DNA of 63,984 nucleotides, filler included, from Guillardia theta CCMP2712 (GCF_000315625.1; 3 parts of 3 records of this genome joined end to end with filler, not necessarily neighbours in it), one strand, 5' to 3'; positions 40,585-54,593 are shown, counted from the first letter of the whole stretch. The notes: a model not told the origin generated them from the sequence alone. Translations and numbers: made by a program.

Positions 40585-43431
40585 ATGAGGTTCGGGTTCA
40601 AGTTTTCCAACCTTTGTGGGTCTGTTTACAGCCAGGGGAATCTGCTCTTCACGCCCGATGGCGGGTCACTTCTCAGTCCTGTCGGGAACAGAGTGACAGT
40701 CTTCGACCTTGAGAACAGCAAGAGTCTCACGCTCCCCACGGAGAACGCCAAGAACATTGACTGCGTCGCCCTCTCCCCCGACGGGACCGTCCTCATCACC
40801 GTGGACGAGGAAGGGAGGGCGCTACTGATCAACTTCCGCAGAGGCTCCGTGCTCAACTACTTCAACTTCAAGACCAGGGTCAGCGCCATCCTCTTCAGCC
40901 CCTGCGGCAAATACTTTGCAGTCTCCCACGGGAAGCTAGTTCAAGTCTGGATGACTCCCAGCCTCAAACGCGAGTACGCTCCCTTCGTCCTCCACCGCAC
41001 GTATGGGGGTCACTTTGACGAGGTGGTGTCGCTCGACTGGTCGACCGACTCTTCCTACTTCATCTCGGGCTCCAGGGATCTGACAGCAAAGATCTTTTCC
41101 CTAGAGCCCTCCCCTGGGTTCCCCGTCAACTTCGCAGGGCACAAGGACACGGTCATCGCGGCTTTCCTGCCCAAGGAGGAGGACACGGCCTACACAGTAG
41201 CTCGAGACGGGTGCCTGGTAGCCTGGCAGAAGAAGGAGGACGTGGAGGACGGAGGAGGCGGCAACCGGGTGGGGATGAAGCGGCACAGGACGAGCGGAGG
41301 ATGGATGCTGAGGGAAAGGCACTTCTTTCATCAGGGGAAGGTGCAGTGTGCTACGATACACAAGGAGTCTTCGCTCCTTGTCGTCGGGTTCTCCAGCGGG
41401 ATCTTTGGGCTCTACGAGCTGCCGTCCTGCAACAACATCCACACGCTCTCCATCTCCAGCCAGAAGATCAACAGCGTCAGCATCAACAAGAGCGGCGAGT
41501 GGCTCGCGTTCGGGAGCAAGAAGCTCGGGCAGCTGCTGGTGTGGGAGTGGCAGTCTGAGACCTACGTCCTGAAGCAGCAGGGGCACTCCCAGGGCATGAA
41601 CTGCATCGACTACTCGCCCAACGGCTCGCACATGGTGAGCGGGGGAGAAGACGGGAAGGTCAAGATCTGGCAGTGCAGCACGGGCTTCTGCTTCGTGACC
41701 TTCACTGAGCACACCGGGGCAGTGCAGTCGGTCAAGTTCCTGTCCAAGGGCAACGCCGTGCTGTCTGCCAGCCTCGACGGGTCTGTGAGGGCGTTCGACC
41801 TCGTGCGGTACCGCAACTTTCGGACTATGACGACGCCGAAACCGACGCAGTTCCTGTCGCTGGCCGTCGACCCCTCGGACGAGATCGTGTGTGCTGGTAC
41901 GCAGGACTCGTTTGAGATCTTCGTGTGGAGCCTGAAGACTGGGCGGCTGCTGGAGGTGCTGGCAGGGCATGAGGGGCCGATCTCCTGCCTGTCGTTCAAC
42001 CCGATCCAGCCAGTTCTGGCGAGCAGGTGTGGGAAGGCGGAGGGGGAAGTTGGAGATGAATTGGCTGAGATGGTGATGGTGATGGTGGTGGTGGTGGTGG
42101 TGGTGGTGGTGGTGATGATGATGATGATGATGATGGTGGTGGTGATAATGGTGGTGGTGATGATGATGATGATGATTACATATGCGTTCCATGCTGTCGG
42201 CGATTACCTCGAACGTTTTCTCCCTGGTTTCTTTCTTTCTTTGTAAAGGTGACTTGTGTTTTGTCTCTTCAGCTCATGGGACAAGACGGTGAAGCTTTGG
42301 GATGTTTTTGAGAGCAAAGCAGCGACGCAGACGCTGCAGCACAACTCGGATGTTCTCTGCGTGACCTACAGGTACCCAAATTACCTCCCTGCTCCCTGCT
42401 CCCTGCTCCCTGCTCCCTGCTCCCTGCTCCCTGCTCCCTGCTCCCTGCTCCCTGCTCCCTGCTCCCTGCTCCCTGCTCCCTGCTCCCTGCTCCCTGCTCC
42501 CTGCTCCCTGATCCCTGCTCCCTGCTTATGATCACTGATAGATTTTCTGCTTCCTCCTCGCGTCTTCCCTCCCTCCTCTCCTTCCTTGTCTTATCTCCTC
42601 GTTTCTCACGTGCGCACGTCAGACCCGACGGAAAGGAGCTTGTGAGTAGCGCGCTGGACGGGCAGATTTACATCTGGAACGCCATCGACGCCAACCTCTT
42701 GGGGACTATCGAAGGGAGAAGAGACGTGATGGGAGGGAGAAAGAAGTCTGATCGAACAAAGTTGGCGTCTCAGGTATTGATGATGATGATGATGATGATG
42801 GCGATGGCGATGATGATGGCGATGATCATAATGATGATGATGGCGATGATGATGATGATGATGGCGATGATGGCGATGGTGGTGATGATGATGACGACGA
42901 CGACGACGACGACGACGACAACGACAACGACGACGACGACGATGGAGATGATGATGGAGATGACGATGACAATGATGATGATCTTCTTTTTTCAATCCTA
43001 CTTCTCATCTTCCTTGTCCTGACGCTAACCCAACAGGCTTCAGCAAGCAGCTTCTCCACCTTGTGCTACAGTGCGGACGGCAAGTGCTTGATCGCAGGGG
43101 GGAACACAAAGTGGGTTTGCATTTACAACATCTCGAGGAAGACCTGCATCAAAAAGTTCCCCATCTCCTCCAACCAGTCGCTCGACGGCATCTTGGATCA
43201 GTTCAACACCAGAAACATGACAGAGGCTGGACCGCTCAATGAGATTGATCATGACAGGTCAACTTGCTCTTTCCCTCCTGCTTTCCTCCTGCTTCCTTCC
43301 TGCATCCCTCCCCCTCCCCTCCATATCTCTCCCCATTCCCCTTCCTCCTCCTCCTTCCTTCCTCCTCCCCTCCTCCTCATCCTGATCCACTCTATACCCC
43401 TCCCCCCCTTCTTACCCTCTGCCTCTGCCCT

Positions 43432-43463
<32 letters not shown>

Positions 43464-44687
43464 CTCGCCCTCGCCCTCGCCCTCGCCCTCGCCTTCGCTT
43501 CCCCCATCGCCCCCCCTCCTCTCTCTGGCACTGACTATCAGATTGCAGCGAGGAGGAGCGAGAAGACGCGAGGGGGAGGAAGGACGAGACTCTGCCGGGA
43601 GCCAAGAGGGGCCAACTCACCTCCTCCCGCAAGACCGCCAAGGCCATTCGCTCCACCTGCCTCCGTTTCTCCCCGACGGGACGCGCGTGGGCGGCAGCGA
43701 CGACTGAGGGGCTTCTGATTTATTCCCTTGACGAGACTTCAAGTTTCGACCCCCTTGACCTCGACCTCGACATCACCCCTGCTCGGATCTACAAGAGCCT
43801 CGAGGTGCCTTGCCTGCTCCCGCCTCTCCTGCTCTTTCTCTTGTCGTGCCCTCCTCTTCTCCACCCTCTCTTCTTCCCACGTGACTCTCCTCCTTCTCTC
43901 CGCTCCCTGTCCTTCTCTATCCTACACCTTGTCGCCACCCGCCTCCTCCTCTCCTCTCTTGCACTCTCGTCTTCTCTCCTCCTCTCTCCTCCTCTCTCCT
44001 CCTCTCTCCTCCTCTCTCATTGTCTTTCTTCCTCTCTCCTGCTTCCTCCTTGGCTCTCCCCTCTGACAATATCACAGGACAAGGAGTGGCTCGATGCCAT
44101 CCTGATGGCCCTCCGGCTCAACGAGGCTAGCGTCCTGCGCTCAGTCTACGAGAGGGTCCCGAAGCAAGACATCCCCCTTCTCGTCTCCTCCATCCCTGCC
44201 CCTTACGTCAAGAGGATGCTCGATCTTGTTGCTGTTCAGGTGCCGCGCTTGCTCCCCTTACCACCCCTGCTCCTCCGCTTCCTTACCACCCCTGCTCCTC
44301 CGCTCCCTTCCTCTCCTCATCCCCTCCTCCTCTTTCCACTCTCCCACCTTTGTGATCCTCCTCCTCCTTCCCCTAGCTCTGTTTCTCATCCTCCCCCCTC
44401 ATCGTTCTTCCCCTGCTCCTGCGATTGCTCATATCCTCCTTCCAATCCTGTTTCCGATCCTCCTCCCGATCCTCCTCCTGACTCCCCCCCTCCCGCCCCA
44501 CCTCCTCCTCCACCCTTGTCCTCCGCGTCTTCTCATCTTCACTTGCAGGCTTCTTCGTCTCCCCACATCGAGTTTCACTTGCAGTGGGCGGAGAGTCTCC
44601 TGCTCCACCATGGCGCCGTCGTGATGCAGGAGTTCAGCACCTACTCAGCTCCTCTAAGAGCCATGCACATGTCGTTCTCCCGCCAGG

Positions 44688-44733
<46 letters not shown>

Positions 44734-44909
44734 GGTGGTGGTGGTGATGATGGTGGTGGGTGGGTTGGTGGGCGGGTGGTGATGGTGGTTGTTGTACTCT
44801 TCTGACTTGTCTCTGGCAGATGAATGATCTCAGTCACATGTGCAACAACAACCACTACAGCCTCGCCTTCATAACCTCACAGGCTGAGTCAGATGGACAG
44901 TCTTTGTAG
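40585..44909 (+). CDS. PWP2: Periodic tryptophan protein 2 (UTP1), WD40 SSU processome component
   Basis: FKFSNLCGSVYSQGNLLFTPDG..SPVGNRV, LGQLLVWEWQSETYVLKQQGH, VRAFDLVRYRNFRT, FSPTGRAWAAATTEGLLIYSLD, ALRLNE, SPHIEFHLQW. Multi-exon. Confidence 0.97.
42387..42525 (+). repeat. (CCCTGCT)n heptamer repeat in a PWP2 intron
   Basis: About 19 units visible directly. Confidence 0.9.
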
Positions 44910-45040
44910 ATACTCGGAAGAATATACATCCCAATCAACATCAGCTACACTGGGCCTTCATGTTGTCTCGGCGTCCTTCTCAGACAACATGAAACAACCA
45001 CGAGCGACTCTCATCTACAATCGTCTTGTCGCAGACTTGC

Positions 45041-45743
45041 TCATGCCCGAAGTTTCGACTCCTCGCCCTCTGCTGACTCGAGCGTTTCACTGGCGAGAAT
45101 CGTCAGAGCAGGTCTGAGTCCCATCACCCGGACCTACCAAGGCAACGTCCCGACTGCCACTAGCACCTGTCGACCATCTCGTCGAACTTGCCCTCAAACC
45201 TGATCACTGCCTCGTCGTAAACAGACTTGAAGTGAATGCTAAAGAACTTCCTGAAACCCTCGATGTCGACCTGCTCAGGCATGTCAAGTCGGAGTTCTTC
45301 ACTGCCCTCCTGCATGCCTCGTCCTCCTGCAGTACCTGATCGAAGTCTGCGTGCTTCCTCGCCATTGCGATAGAGGTGCTGAGATCTTGTAGTTTATATG
45401 CTTTGGGGAACACTGTCCTCATGTTCTGCTCAATGTCCTGAAGCACGACCTTGCCGTTGCGGTAGGACGGGAAGCGCCTGAAGACCTCCAGCATGACATC
45501 AGGTCGCTGGTCGGAGAAAGCGATCTTGGACCTGCTGCTTGTCTGAGGGGGGTCTTGGAATTGAATGTAGTTTCTGGACTCTTGGTAGGAGTGCCTGGGA
45601 GACACTCCGCGCTGACATCCTTGGTCTGGCGAGTAGAGGAAGGGCTTGAAAGACCGGTTGACTTGTCTCTGATTCACGACCTTCAATTTGGGCTGGGTCT
45701 GAGATTGCTCTGCACAGCAGCAGCATGATTCTACTGATCCCAT
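45041..45743 (-). CDS. Putative N-myristoylated/palmitoylated protein with degenerate EF-hand-like segments (3' end uncertain)
   Basis: N-terminus MGSVESCCCC; VFRRFPSYRNGKVVLQDI and ADFDQ|VDIEGFRKFF resemble EF loops; short introns. Confidence 0.5.
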
Positions 45744-46671
45744 GCCTCTTCAGGTAAGACAGAAGCTCCAAGCTGAGTCTTGGTAAAGATACAAGTGCGG
45801 TGGGTGAGAAGATAACTACAAGCCTGGACGCTGCACTCGGCAAACGTTGCGTCACCGATACGGAAGATAGGAAGGTCTCAGATCGCCTCGGCAATTTTTC
45901 TGTGGCTCTCCGCCCAGCCCAGCTGAGGCACCTCGTGGCAGGAGCTGGAGGAGAAGCAGGAGGAGGAGGAGGAGGAGCAGGAGCAGGAGCACTAACAGTG
46001 CCGGAGGGCGGTTTATTACGTTTTAAGTTTTATATTTAGAGTAAATTAAGTTTTATATTTAGACTACATCTGATGGACAGTACTGTTCCTGGTAGTGTGA
46101 TTTAGTACTGGTACCTTTCTGTACAGTACCGACCTCCGGCGTGCCGGGGGCTCACTGATACCGGTTTGTACTGGCAAACTTCCTCTACTCAAAGTTAAGT
46201 AAAATTCTCCGGCCGGGCGGCGGCCCGAACGTCAAATCACTGAGCGAGAACCCTCTTTACTCAAAGTTAAGTTAAAAATCAGTACGAGGACAATCAGGAG
46301 AGTCGAGGAGGCTTGACCCTGACACTGTCGCACAGGCCAAACGGCGAGAAGAGAAAAGACAGCGAGAACCAAACCCAATCCTGCCAACTGCTGTCCCCCA
46401 AACTTAACGGGAGCAATCCGATCCGAGGAGCCTGAGACGAGGAGGCTCGGCAGGGCCCGGCAATCGAATCAGCCCGGGCTGCGGACCGGCCGGGCGGGGC
46501 GGTCGGACCGTTGCCGTTACTCCAGCCTCGCCTCGGAATGAGGGAGATGATGCCGAAGAACTGAGGGGGATGAAAATGAGTGGGGATGAGGGCTTTTACC
46601 CCGATTTTGACCGGGAAAGGGACTGAGGAAAAGGGGGGTAGGGTACTTGAGATGGCGACGTAGGCTGGCGA

Positions 46672-46771
46672 NNNNNNNNNNNNNNNNNNNNNNNNNNNNN
46701 NNNNNNNNNNNNNNNNNNNNNNNNNNNNNNNNNNNNNNNNNNNNNNNNNNNNNNNNNNNNNNNNNNNNNNN
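46672..46771. other. Assembly gap (100 N)
   Basis: N run. Confidence 0.99.
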
Positions 46772-47028
46772 AGCATGGCAGAGCAGCGTTGTGGAGGGGA
46801 CGGGAGGGAGGGGAGAGGATGCCGTGGATGAAGTGAGTGGAGAGGGATGGAATGAACAGTGTAGAGTGACGAGAGGAGCCAAAGAGCAAGTCTGAGGGAG
46901 CGGATTGTCGAGCATTTGAGAATCGGGGAGGGAGGAAGACGGATAGAAGGATAAAGAATGAAGCATGAAGAGGGAGAGCATATTTCGAGTTCAAATCCTG
47001 AGGCAAGGTCCAGGCTGAGAAACTGAGA

Positions 47029-48056
47029 ATGAGGAGAAGCCCTGATTCCAGCCCCGAGGCCATGAAGATCAAGTCGGATCAGTCGGTGAGTGTGGTGGGA
47101 TGATTGTTGGCGGTTGAGGCTGGCTTGCAGTACACCTCCAAGGTCATCGAGAACAGAATGGCTGAGATCTTCAAGGTGGAGCAGGAGATGAGTTGAAAGG
47201 AGGAGGACCTTTGATCCTTCCTCGACCTCCAGAAGCACAACGTCTCGGACTACTCCTTCTCCAACGCCAAGTCGCAGGAATCTGGTTGATGTCTCTTACA
47301 TGCTCTCTGCACGGTCTGACGCGGGTCGGCCGCATCAGGCACGAAGGACAGTCAAGTGGAGAGCAGAGCAAGCGGGTGAAGCAAATCCCTTCCCCCCTCC
47401 CCCTCCCATCCCTCTCCCAGGAGCTTGCATCCTGTTTGAAACTCTTGGGGGCAGTGCTAAGAGCAACAAGGCGGCGGCGGCAGAGCGCGTCAGCGAGGGC
47501 AGTCCTGCAGCTGGGCGTTCAGCTGGAGTGAGCGTGCCGGAGCATCTGAAGCGAGAGAGGGAGGAGAGGCAGACGAGGACGAGGAAGGAGAAGCCGAAGA
47601 AGGTGCAAGATTCTCCTGACTCTAAGGTTCTTGTGAGGATGCGACTTCTGCTTCTCATCTTACTCCTCCTCCTCCTCCTCCTCCTCCTCCTCCATGCAGG
47701 CTTTGAAGGACGAGATCACCGGAGGGAGATACTCTCTAGCGTGGGATGAGCTTTCGAGCGCCACGTCGGGAAAGAAGCCGTCGGCAGCGGAAGGTGCGGG
47801 AGATTGAGACATCGTCTGCTTGCTAGATGTCGTTGCAGCCAAGTTCAAAAGAGCTGATCTGAGGTTTCGACCTTCCGGTGTCGTGATGTCTTGAACGCAG
47901 TCGCTCTCAAGTACCGCATGAAGGAGGAGAGGGAGGTGGAGGAGGCGGCGGGTGCGTCCTATCCCTCCGTCTGTTCTCCTCGCTCACATCATTGGCCAGG
48001 GAAGTGGAAAGCGGTTACTACCTTCCGAGATGAGGTGAATATTAACCTCTGCCCTT

Positions 48057-48114
<58 letters not shown>

Positions 48115-48446
48115 TTCCTCCTCATCCTCCTGCTTCTCACCCTGCTCCTCCTCGTTCCCTGCGTGCCATTCTTCATTCTTGCTCCTCCTGCCTCCCCTAC
48201 CTCTCCATTCCCTCCTGCGCTGTTCCTCAGCTGCTCCTCCTTCACCCCGTCCTCCTCAGCACTCTCAAGAAATGTTCTGATTCTCCCTCTCTCTTCCTTC
48301 TCCTGCGATCCTCACCAGTGCAAGCATGCGACTTCCCTGCCGTCCACCTCGGACGTCAACGTGGGCAAGAACAGCCTATCGACTCGCAGCTCCTCTCGCT
48401 CTCCCGCTGGTGATCGTGATCCCTTTGCTGTCTCCATCTGACGTTG

Positions 48447-48483
<37 letters not shown>

Positions 48484-50799
48484 GCGTTCTTTCCCTTATC
48501 CTTGTCCTTGTCCTCCCTCACTCTCTGCCTCCCTCACTCCCCTGTCTCCACTTTGCCTTCGGACTCCGTCCCTTTCTTCACCCTCCATAGCTTCCCATCA
48601 TTCCTTGTCCCCTAAGACAGGATCCGTCTCCCCGAATTTCTTGAAATGTCAGACTTCCTTTCTTTTCTCCCTCTTCTCATTGCTCCCTCCTCTAGCCCTC
48701 CCGAGATCCCCAAGTCCAACAGCCAGCAAGGAGACCATTTGGCAGGTACATCCTCTACTCTCCAACCCTCGCCTCGCCTCGCCTTCCCCTCCTCTCCTTT
48801 TCTCTCACATGGTTTAGGGAATAGGCGTTCTCTCCTCTGCTCGCTGCTGTCTGCTCCTCCTCCCTTACCTCTGCTGCTCCTCCTCTTCGCCTTCCTCTCC
48901 TCTATCTCTAACACAAGTAGCATCATGATTAACACTTCCTTTCCTCCCCAGTGCGACAAGAACTGCGGCTTCCGGGGATCTTACGTCGAGGTATGGGAGG
49001 AGATGATTGCTGGGAGACGGCTGACTTTCTTCCTACCGCCACTCCCCTCCTTGTCTTTTCCTGTGAACTCTTGTTTCTTCCTCCCTCTTGTATTCCTCGT
49101 CCCATCACTCCTCTCAACTCCTTCCCTTTCCATCTTCCAATCTCTTCCTTCTCCTGCTCTCGTCCTTGTCCTCCCTCCCTCCCTCTCTCCTCCCTCCCTC
49201 CCTCCCCCTTCTTCCTTTTCTCCTTCCTCTTCTCCCTTCCCTCAGGTCATGGAGCATGAGGAAATCTGTCGGGGGGCGTTGGACTCCCCAGCTCGCCTCA
49301 ACCCTCCTTCCAGTAAGTTTGCGGGCCTTGCATCTACCCCAGCTGAACCTGAGCTGCAGTGCCTGCCGTTTGTCGAGATCCTCTTCCCGGCGTCCGGCCA
49401 CCGGCTCCAAACACAGCAGAGAAGAGCTTGAACGAGAGAGGAAGGGGTAGAGAAGTGCAAGGTGAGAAGGTGGATGGAGAGGCAGGCAGGCAGGCAGGCA
49501 GGCAGGAGCGAGGATGGGAGGAGGGAAAGGAGACAGGGATGGAAGGAGGAGGGAGGCAGGAAGGAGAGCAGGGGGGAGATAGGTCGGCAGCTTCTGTTGC
49601 TCAGCTCACTGCAGAACGATCTTCTCCTGTAGTCAAGCAAGACGGCAGTTCAAGGCATGACATCTCCATGGAGAGAAATCGCTCGGCATCTCCTCCCCCT
49701 GACCTCTCGGGGGTAAACCCTCCTCCTCCTCCTCCTCCTCCTCCTCCGTTGCCTCCTCCTCCTCCGTTGCCTCCTCCCCTCTCGTCCTCGTGTTCAACCC
49801 CTCATTTCTTGTCTCAAATTTTCACCTCTCCTCCTCTTCTCTCCTTTCTACTCTCTTTCCTCTTCCTCTTTCGTCCGCTCTCCTCCTCTTCCCTCCTCTG
49901 CACTTGTCTGCTCTGCTCTGCTCTGCTCTGCTCTACTTTCTTCTTGTTTGTTCAAATCTCCTGCCCCTCCTCCTGACTTTTCCTGCTGCTAGAGAGGAAG
50001 GAGTCGAGAGAGAGTCGAAGACGCCTCTGGTCTTGACCAACTCATCGGATGGGACGTTCGTCGCGTAGCAGCGTCCCCCGCCCACTCGCCGGAGCCCCCA
50101 AAGAGAGCAGGAGCAGGAGCAGTACGAGCGGAGCGAGGGCGTGAAGGAGGAAAAGAAGCATCTGCCTCCTGGCGAGGACTCTCCCGCTCAGCTGACCTGC
50201 CTGACCATACCAGCAGGAAGGTAGCTCGGAAAGAACCTCCTGCTCATCAGTCCGTCGCCAACTCGCGTCTCGTCGTGCCCTCCTCTGCTGACGCCCTTCG
50301 CTTCCTCGGTCCTCTGCCGACTCCAGTATGTTCATCCCCTCCCTTGCTCGTCTCCTCTCCTCTCCTCCCCTCTCCTCTCCTCCCCTCTCCTCTCCTCTCC
50401 TCTCCTCTCCTCTCCTCTCCCCTCCCCTCCCCTCCTCTCCTCTCCTCTCCCCTCCTCTCCTCTCCTCTCCTCTTTTCCCTCTTCCACCTCTTTTTCCTCT
50501 CTCCTGATCCTCCTCCTCTCCGCTTCCTCCGTCTCTGACTTTCTCCGTCTCTCTTCTTCCTTCTCCTCCTACTGTCAACACATCGACCCTTCTTGTATCC
50601 TTCGCTTTCTTCATCTCTAACCCACTTCTTCTCTTTTTCCTCTTCCTTCCACTTTCGCTCCTTGGCTGATTCTCTTCATCTGTGCAGTCTCACAATGCTC
50701 CTCCTGCCCGCCCTGAGAACTTCGGGAACAGCAACGGTGATGCTAGACAAGGTGGAAGCAGGGAGGAAGCAGCAGGGGAGAGAGGATGGGAAGAGAGCG

Positions 50800-50841
<42 letters not shown>

Positions 50842-52330
50842 GGAGGAGGAGGAGGAGGAGGAGGAGGAGGATGAGGAGAAGGAAAGAGTAGTAGTAGTAG
50901 GAGCCAGACGTAAACAAGAAAGCAATAGGATTCCGTTTGTTTTGACTCGCTTTGCAATTCAGGCATGCGATACAGGGAGGAAATGATTCCGGCGGACGTT
51001 CCGATCCCTGACCCGAAGCTTGAGAATCTCATGGATACTGCTCTACGACGGTATCCCCCCTCCTTCCCTCTCCCTCCCTCCCTCCCTCCCAGACAGTGTG
51101 CTCAGGGATCATCAAGAAGACCGGCCACAACTTGTTGGTTGACTGCGTGCTCATGTCCTATGAAGAGCTGGGTGAGTAATTGGGAGGAGAAAAATAGACT
51201 TGAGGGAGGGGAAAAGGACAGCTCCAGAGGGAAGCAAACGACACACCGANNNNNNNNNNNNNNNNNNNNNNNNNNNNNNNNNNNNNNNNNNNNNNNNNNN
51301 NNNNNNNNNNNNNNNNNNNNNNNNNNNNNNNNNNNNNNNNNNNNNNNNNTCCCCCCCCCTCCTCCCCCGTTCCTCTTCCTCCACCTCCACCTCCATCTCC
51401 CCCTCCACTACAACCTCCTCCTCCTCCATCCATCCATCCATCCATCCATCCATCCATCCATCCATCCCCTACCTGCCCCCAACTCACCGCAGGAGCAGGA
51501 CGACGGTCTCGGGGAGGAAATCGTCCTCTTGTCAACTTCCGTCAGCAGGACGAACAATTTCATAAATGAAGACAATGTAAGTTGAGTCCCACGATGATCT
51601 CCCTTCAGCCACCTTCCTATTTCTTGTTTCTCTCCGATACAATCCCTTCCCTTCCCTTTACCATACCTTCCTATTCCTCACCTTCCTCTCCCCTCCCCTC
51701 CATTCCTTGCCTTTCACACCCTTCTTGTTTCTTCAAGTCATTCAGTTTCCCATCAGGCGCGGGACTCGGATTCAGCACTTCGAAGCAGAGGCATTCCGGT
51801 ACCTTATCCTCCTCCTCTTCCTTCCCCCCCCGCCAAGTCCATCTCCTCTCCTCCTGCTCCTACTGCTGCAACAAGTTCACCACCATCGCTACCTCCTCCT
51901 CGACCGCCACCACCAATCCCTCCTCCTTCCTCCCTTCCTTCTGTCCTCCTCTCCTCTCCCCTTGACTTTCTCCTTTCACCGGTTTTCAGATCGTACAGCA
52001 GCACGTTCCCTCTGGCAGGCCACAGCCCAAGACCTCACTTGCCAACCGCTCCGTCGACGAGGCTCCTCCTGTCTCCTCCTCCTATGGACGCTCACCCTCG
52101 CGCGAGCCGAGGAGGGGACCAGGATCCGGCTCCCCTCATCCTCTCCTGTTACAGGCAAGCAACAACGAGTTCCAGGTAGTGGGGATGGGATGGCGGTAGC
52201 GGCGGGAGAGAGAGGAGGGAGGAGAGAAGAGGGAGGAGGACGCAGGGAGGAGGGAGGAGGCGAGGTCAATAAGGTGTGGGTGTGGTTGCGAAGAGGAGGG
52301 AGGCAGCTGAACGGATATCGCGCTTGCTAG
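47029..52330 (+). CDS. Long multi-exon hypothetical gene (possibly more than one) with a C2HC zinc-finger-like motif
   Basis: Chain of AG/GT-bounded + strand exons. The spliced [13 protein letters not shown]|VMEHEEIC is a Cx3C..Hx3C motif. The model is unresolved and interrupted by the gap at 51250-51349. Confidence 0.35.
51250..51349. other. Assembly gap (100 N)
   Basis: N run. Confidence 0.99.
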
Positions 52331-52648
52331 GTGAACATCTGAACGCAGCCGGGGAAGGGAAAGGGAGGAGCAGGAAGGGATGGAGGTCCATAGTTACGCA
52401 GCGTCCCTGTCCTGTAGTTGCCTTCCCTGTTGCTTCCTTTCCGCTTGCTCCCTTCCCCTTCTCTCTCTTACCCTTTGAGCTTGTCTTGGCCTACCATACA
52501 CATAATTGAGACCCTCTCTGTCTTTATCCTCCTCCTTCCTCTCCAGTCTCCTCCAAGTTCCCAGAGAAACGAGAAATCTTCACTTCCTTTATTGTACATC
52601 CTACTCCCACTTTACATACTCTCCCTCCTCCTCCTTCCCCCCCTCCTC

Positions 52649-52942
52649 TCACGCCGACAACCCTTCCGCCTTCCTCTTCCCCCATGGCATCGAGTGTCTC
52701 CTCCCCGTTGTCGCTTTCTCTCGGGCCTTGAGCACGCTGCCGAGAAGCATGTCGGAGGGCTTGGCGGGAGGGGCGGAGGGCGCGTCGGTGCGGGAGGGGT
52801 CGCGGGGGTCAAGGAGGTCGGAGGGGGAGGAAGGGGAGGGAGGGGCAAGGAGGAAGAAGGAAGGTCTACGAGAAGGGAGGTAGAAGCGCTCGTCCTTGAT
52901 CTGGATGCTGATAGCGGAGGAGGGGGAGAGGGATCGGCACAT
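52649..52942 (-). CDS. Hypothetical 97-aa microprotein (MCRSL family, copy A)
   Basis: gccaccATG start; the frame is conserved with copy C despite indels. Confidence 0.55.
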   Translation of the reverse strand: MCRSLSPSSAISIQIKDERFYLPSRRPSFFLLAPPSPSSPSDLLDPRDPSRTDAPSAPPAKPSDMLLGSVLKAREKATTGRRHSMPWGKRKAEGLSA

Positions 52943-53537
52943 GGTGGCAGACGGAGGGTTTTGGAAGGAAGCGAGGGGAATGAGGGACGGGAGGGAGGTA
53001 GGGAGAGGACGTGGGGGAGCGGAGGGAGGCAGGAGGGAGCGGCGGGAGCGGCGGGGAGAAGATTGAAGGACTTGCAGGGTAGGCGGGGAACGATATAGAG
53101 AAAGGGGGGAGGAGGCTGATCCTGCTGACAGTGAAAAGTAATGTTATCTGGGTATTGATCACGGCCTGCTGACAGGCTGACATTGAGGCTCTTTGTTTGC
53201 TTACAGCCCAAATGCCTGGCAAGGAATTGTGGATGAAAGAGAGTCATTTCACAGAATTAGGAACATGTCGGGGCCGGAAACATGCAACGGATGGCAGCTT
53301 GAGGAGATTGAAATCCCCAGATAGATACCCTCAGTGTCCCTTGTTTCCCAAATTCTTCCTTTTCGCATCAGCCCCCCGCCCTCCTTTCTTCCCTCTTGCC
53401 TACAAGAACTTGCCCCTACAAGAACTTTCCCCACCCGCCCCTCCCTCCTGCATCCCTCCGCTCCCCCACGTCCTCTCCCTCCCTCCCTCCAGTCCCTCAT
53501 CCCCCTCGCTTCCTTCCAAGTCCCCCCGTCTGCCACC

Positions 53538-53829
53538 ATGTGCCGATCCCTCTCCCCCTCCTCCGCTATCAGCATCCAGATCAAGGACGAGCGCTTCTAC
53601 CTCCCTGCGCGTAGACCTTCTTTCTTCCTCCTTGCCCCTCCCTCACCTCCCTCCCCCTCCGACCTCCTTCGCCCCCTCGACCCTCCCGCACCGACGCGCC
53701 CTCCGCCCCTCCCGCCAAGCCCTCCGACATGCTTCTCGGCAGCGTGCTCAAGGCCCGAGAGAAAGCGACAACGGGGAGGAGACACTCGATGCCATGAGGA
53801 AGAGGAAGGCGGAAGGGTTGTCGGCGTGA
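53538..53829 (+). pseudogene. Frameshifted MCRSL-family copy B
   Basis: Same start context, but GACCCTCCCGC versus GACCCCTCCCGC (~53680) shifts the frame, and there is a second indel near 53796. Could be sequencing error. Confidence 0.45.
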
Positions 53830-54311
53830 GAGGAAGAGGAGGAGAGAGGGGAGGAGGAGGAGAGGATGTAAAGTAGGAGTAGGATGTACAATAAAACAAA
53901 GCATGAGAGAAACGTGATCGCAAGACTTAAAGTTCATTGTAGAAACACTTCCGACAAAAACATCAGTGACTCCCATGCTGTTCAGAGACAGTTCGCGCTC
54001 TTTGGCATCGGGTACATCAAAGTATGAAAACTTTGTGCGCAGTCAATAAAGCCATCTCGCCCGCAAAACATCAGCATAGGAAGCCAACACGATTTCTCCT
54101 GCAAGTAACCATTGGGATGCGTATGATGAGGCGCATTTCCCCTCCGTTTTCGACTTCACCTTCGTAGAATCTCACGTGAAAAACTCGAGGATGACAAACT
54201 TGCTGGGTTCGCAGAACAGATTCGACTTTATTTTGTGCTTCCATTATTGTACATCCTACTCCTACTTTACATCCTCTCCCCCTCCTCCCTCTCCCCCCCC
54301 TCTCACGCCGA

Positions 54312-54593
54312 CTACCCTTCCGCCTTCCTCTGTCCCCATGGCATCGAGTGTCTCCTCCCCGTCGTCGCTTTCTCTCGGGCCTTGAGCACGCTGCCGAGAA
54401 GCATGTCGGAGGGCTTGGCGGGAGGGGCGGAGGGCGCGTCGGTGCGGGAGGGGTCGAGGGGGCGAAGGAGGTCGGAGGGGGAGGGAGGGGAGGGAGGGGA
54501 GGGAGGATGGAGGAGGAAGGAGGAAGGGAGGTAGAAGCGCTCGTCCTTGATCTGGACGCTGCTTGCGGAGGAGGGGGAGAGGGATCGGCACAT
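54312..54593 (-). CDS. Hypothetical 93-aa microprotein (MCRSL family, copy C)
   Basis: caccATG start; near-identical to copy A. Confidence 0.55.
   Translation of the reverse strand: MCRSLSPSSASSVQIKDERFYLPSSFLLHPPSPPSPPSPSDLLRPLDPSRTDAPSAPPAKPSDMLLGSVLKAREKATTGRRHSMPWGQRKAEG

Noticed and set aside
52589-53893. Inverted arms as terminal repeats of a DNA transposon
   Set aside because: No transposase or clear target-site duplication, and a third copy exists; the arms coincide with a small gene.
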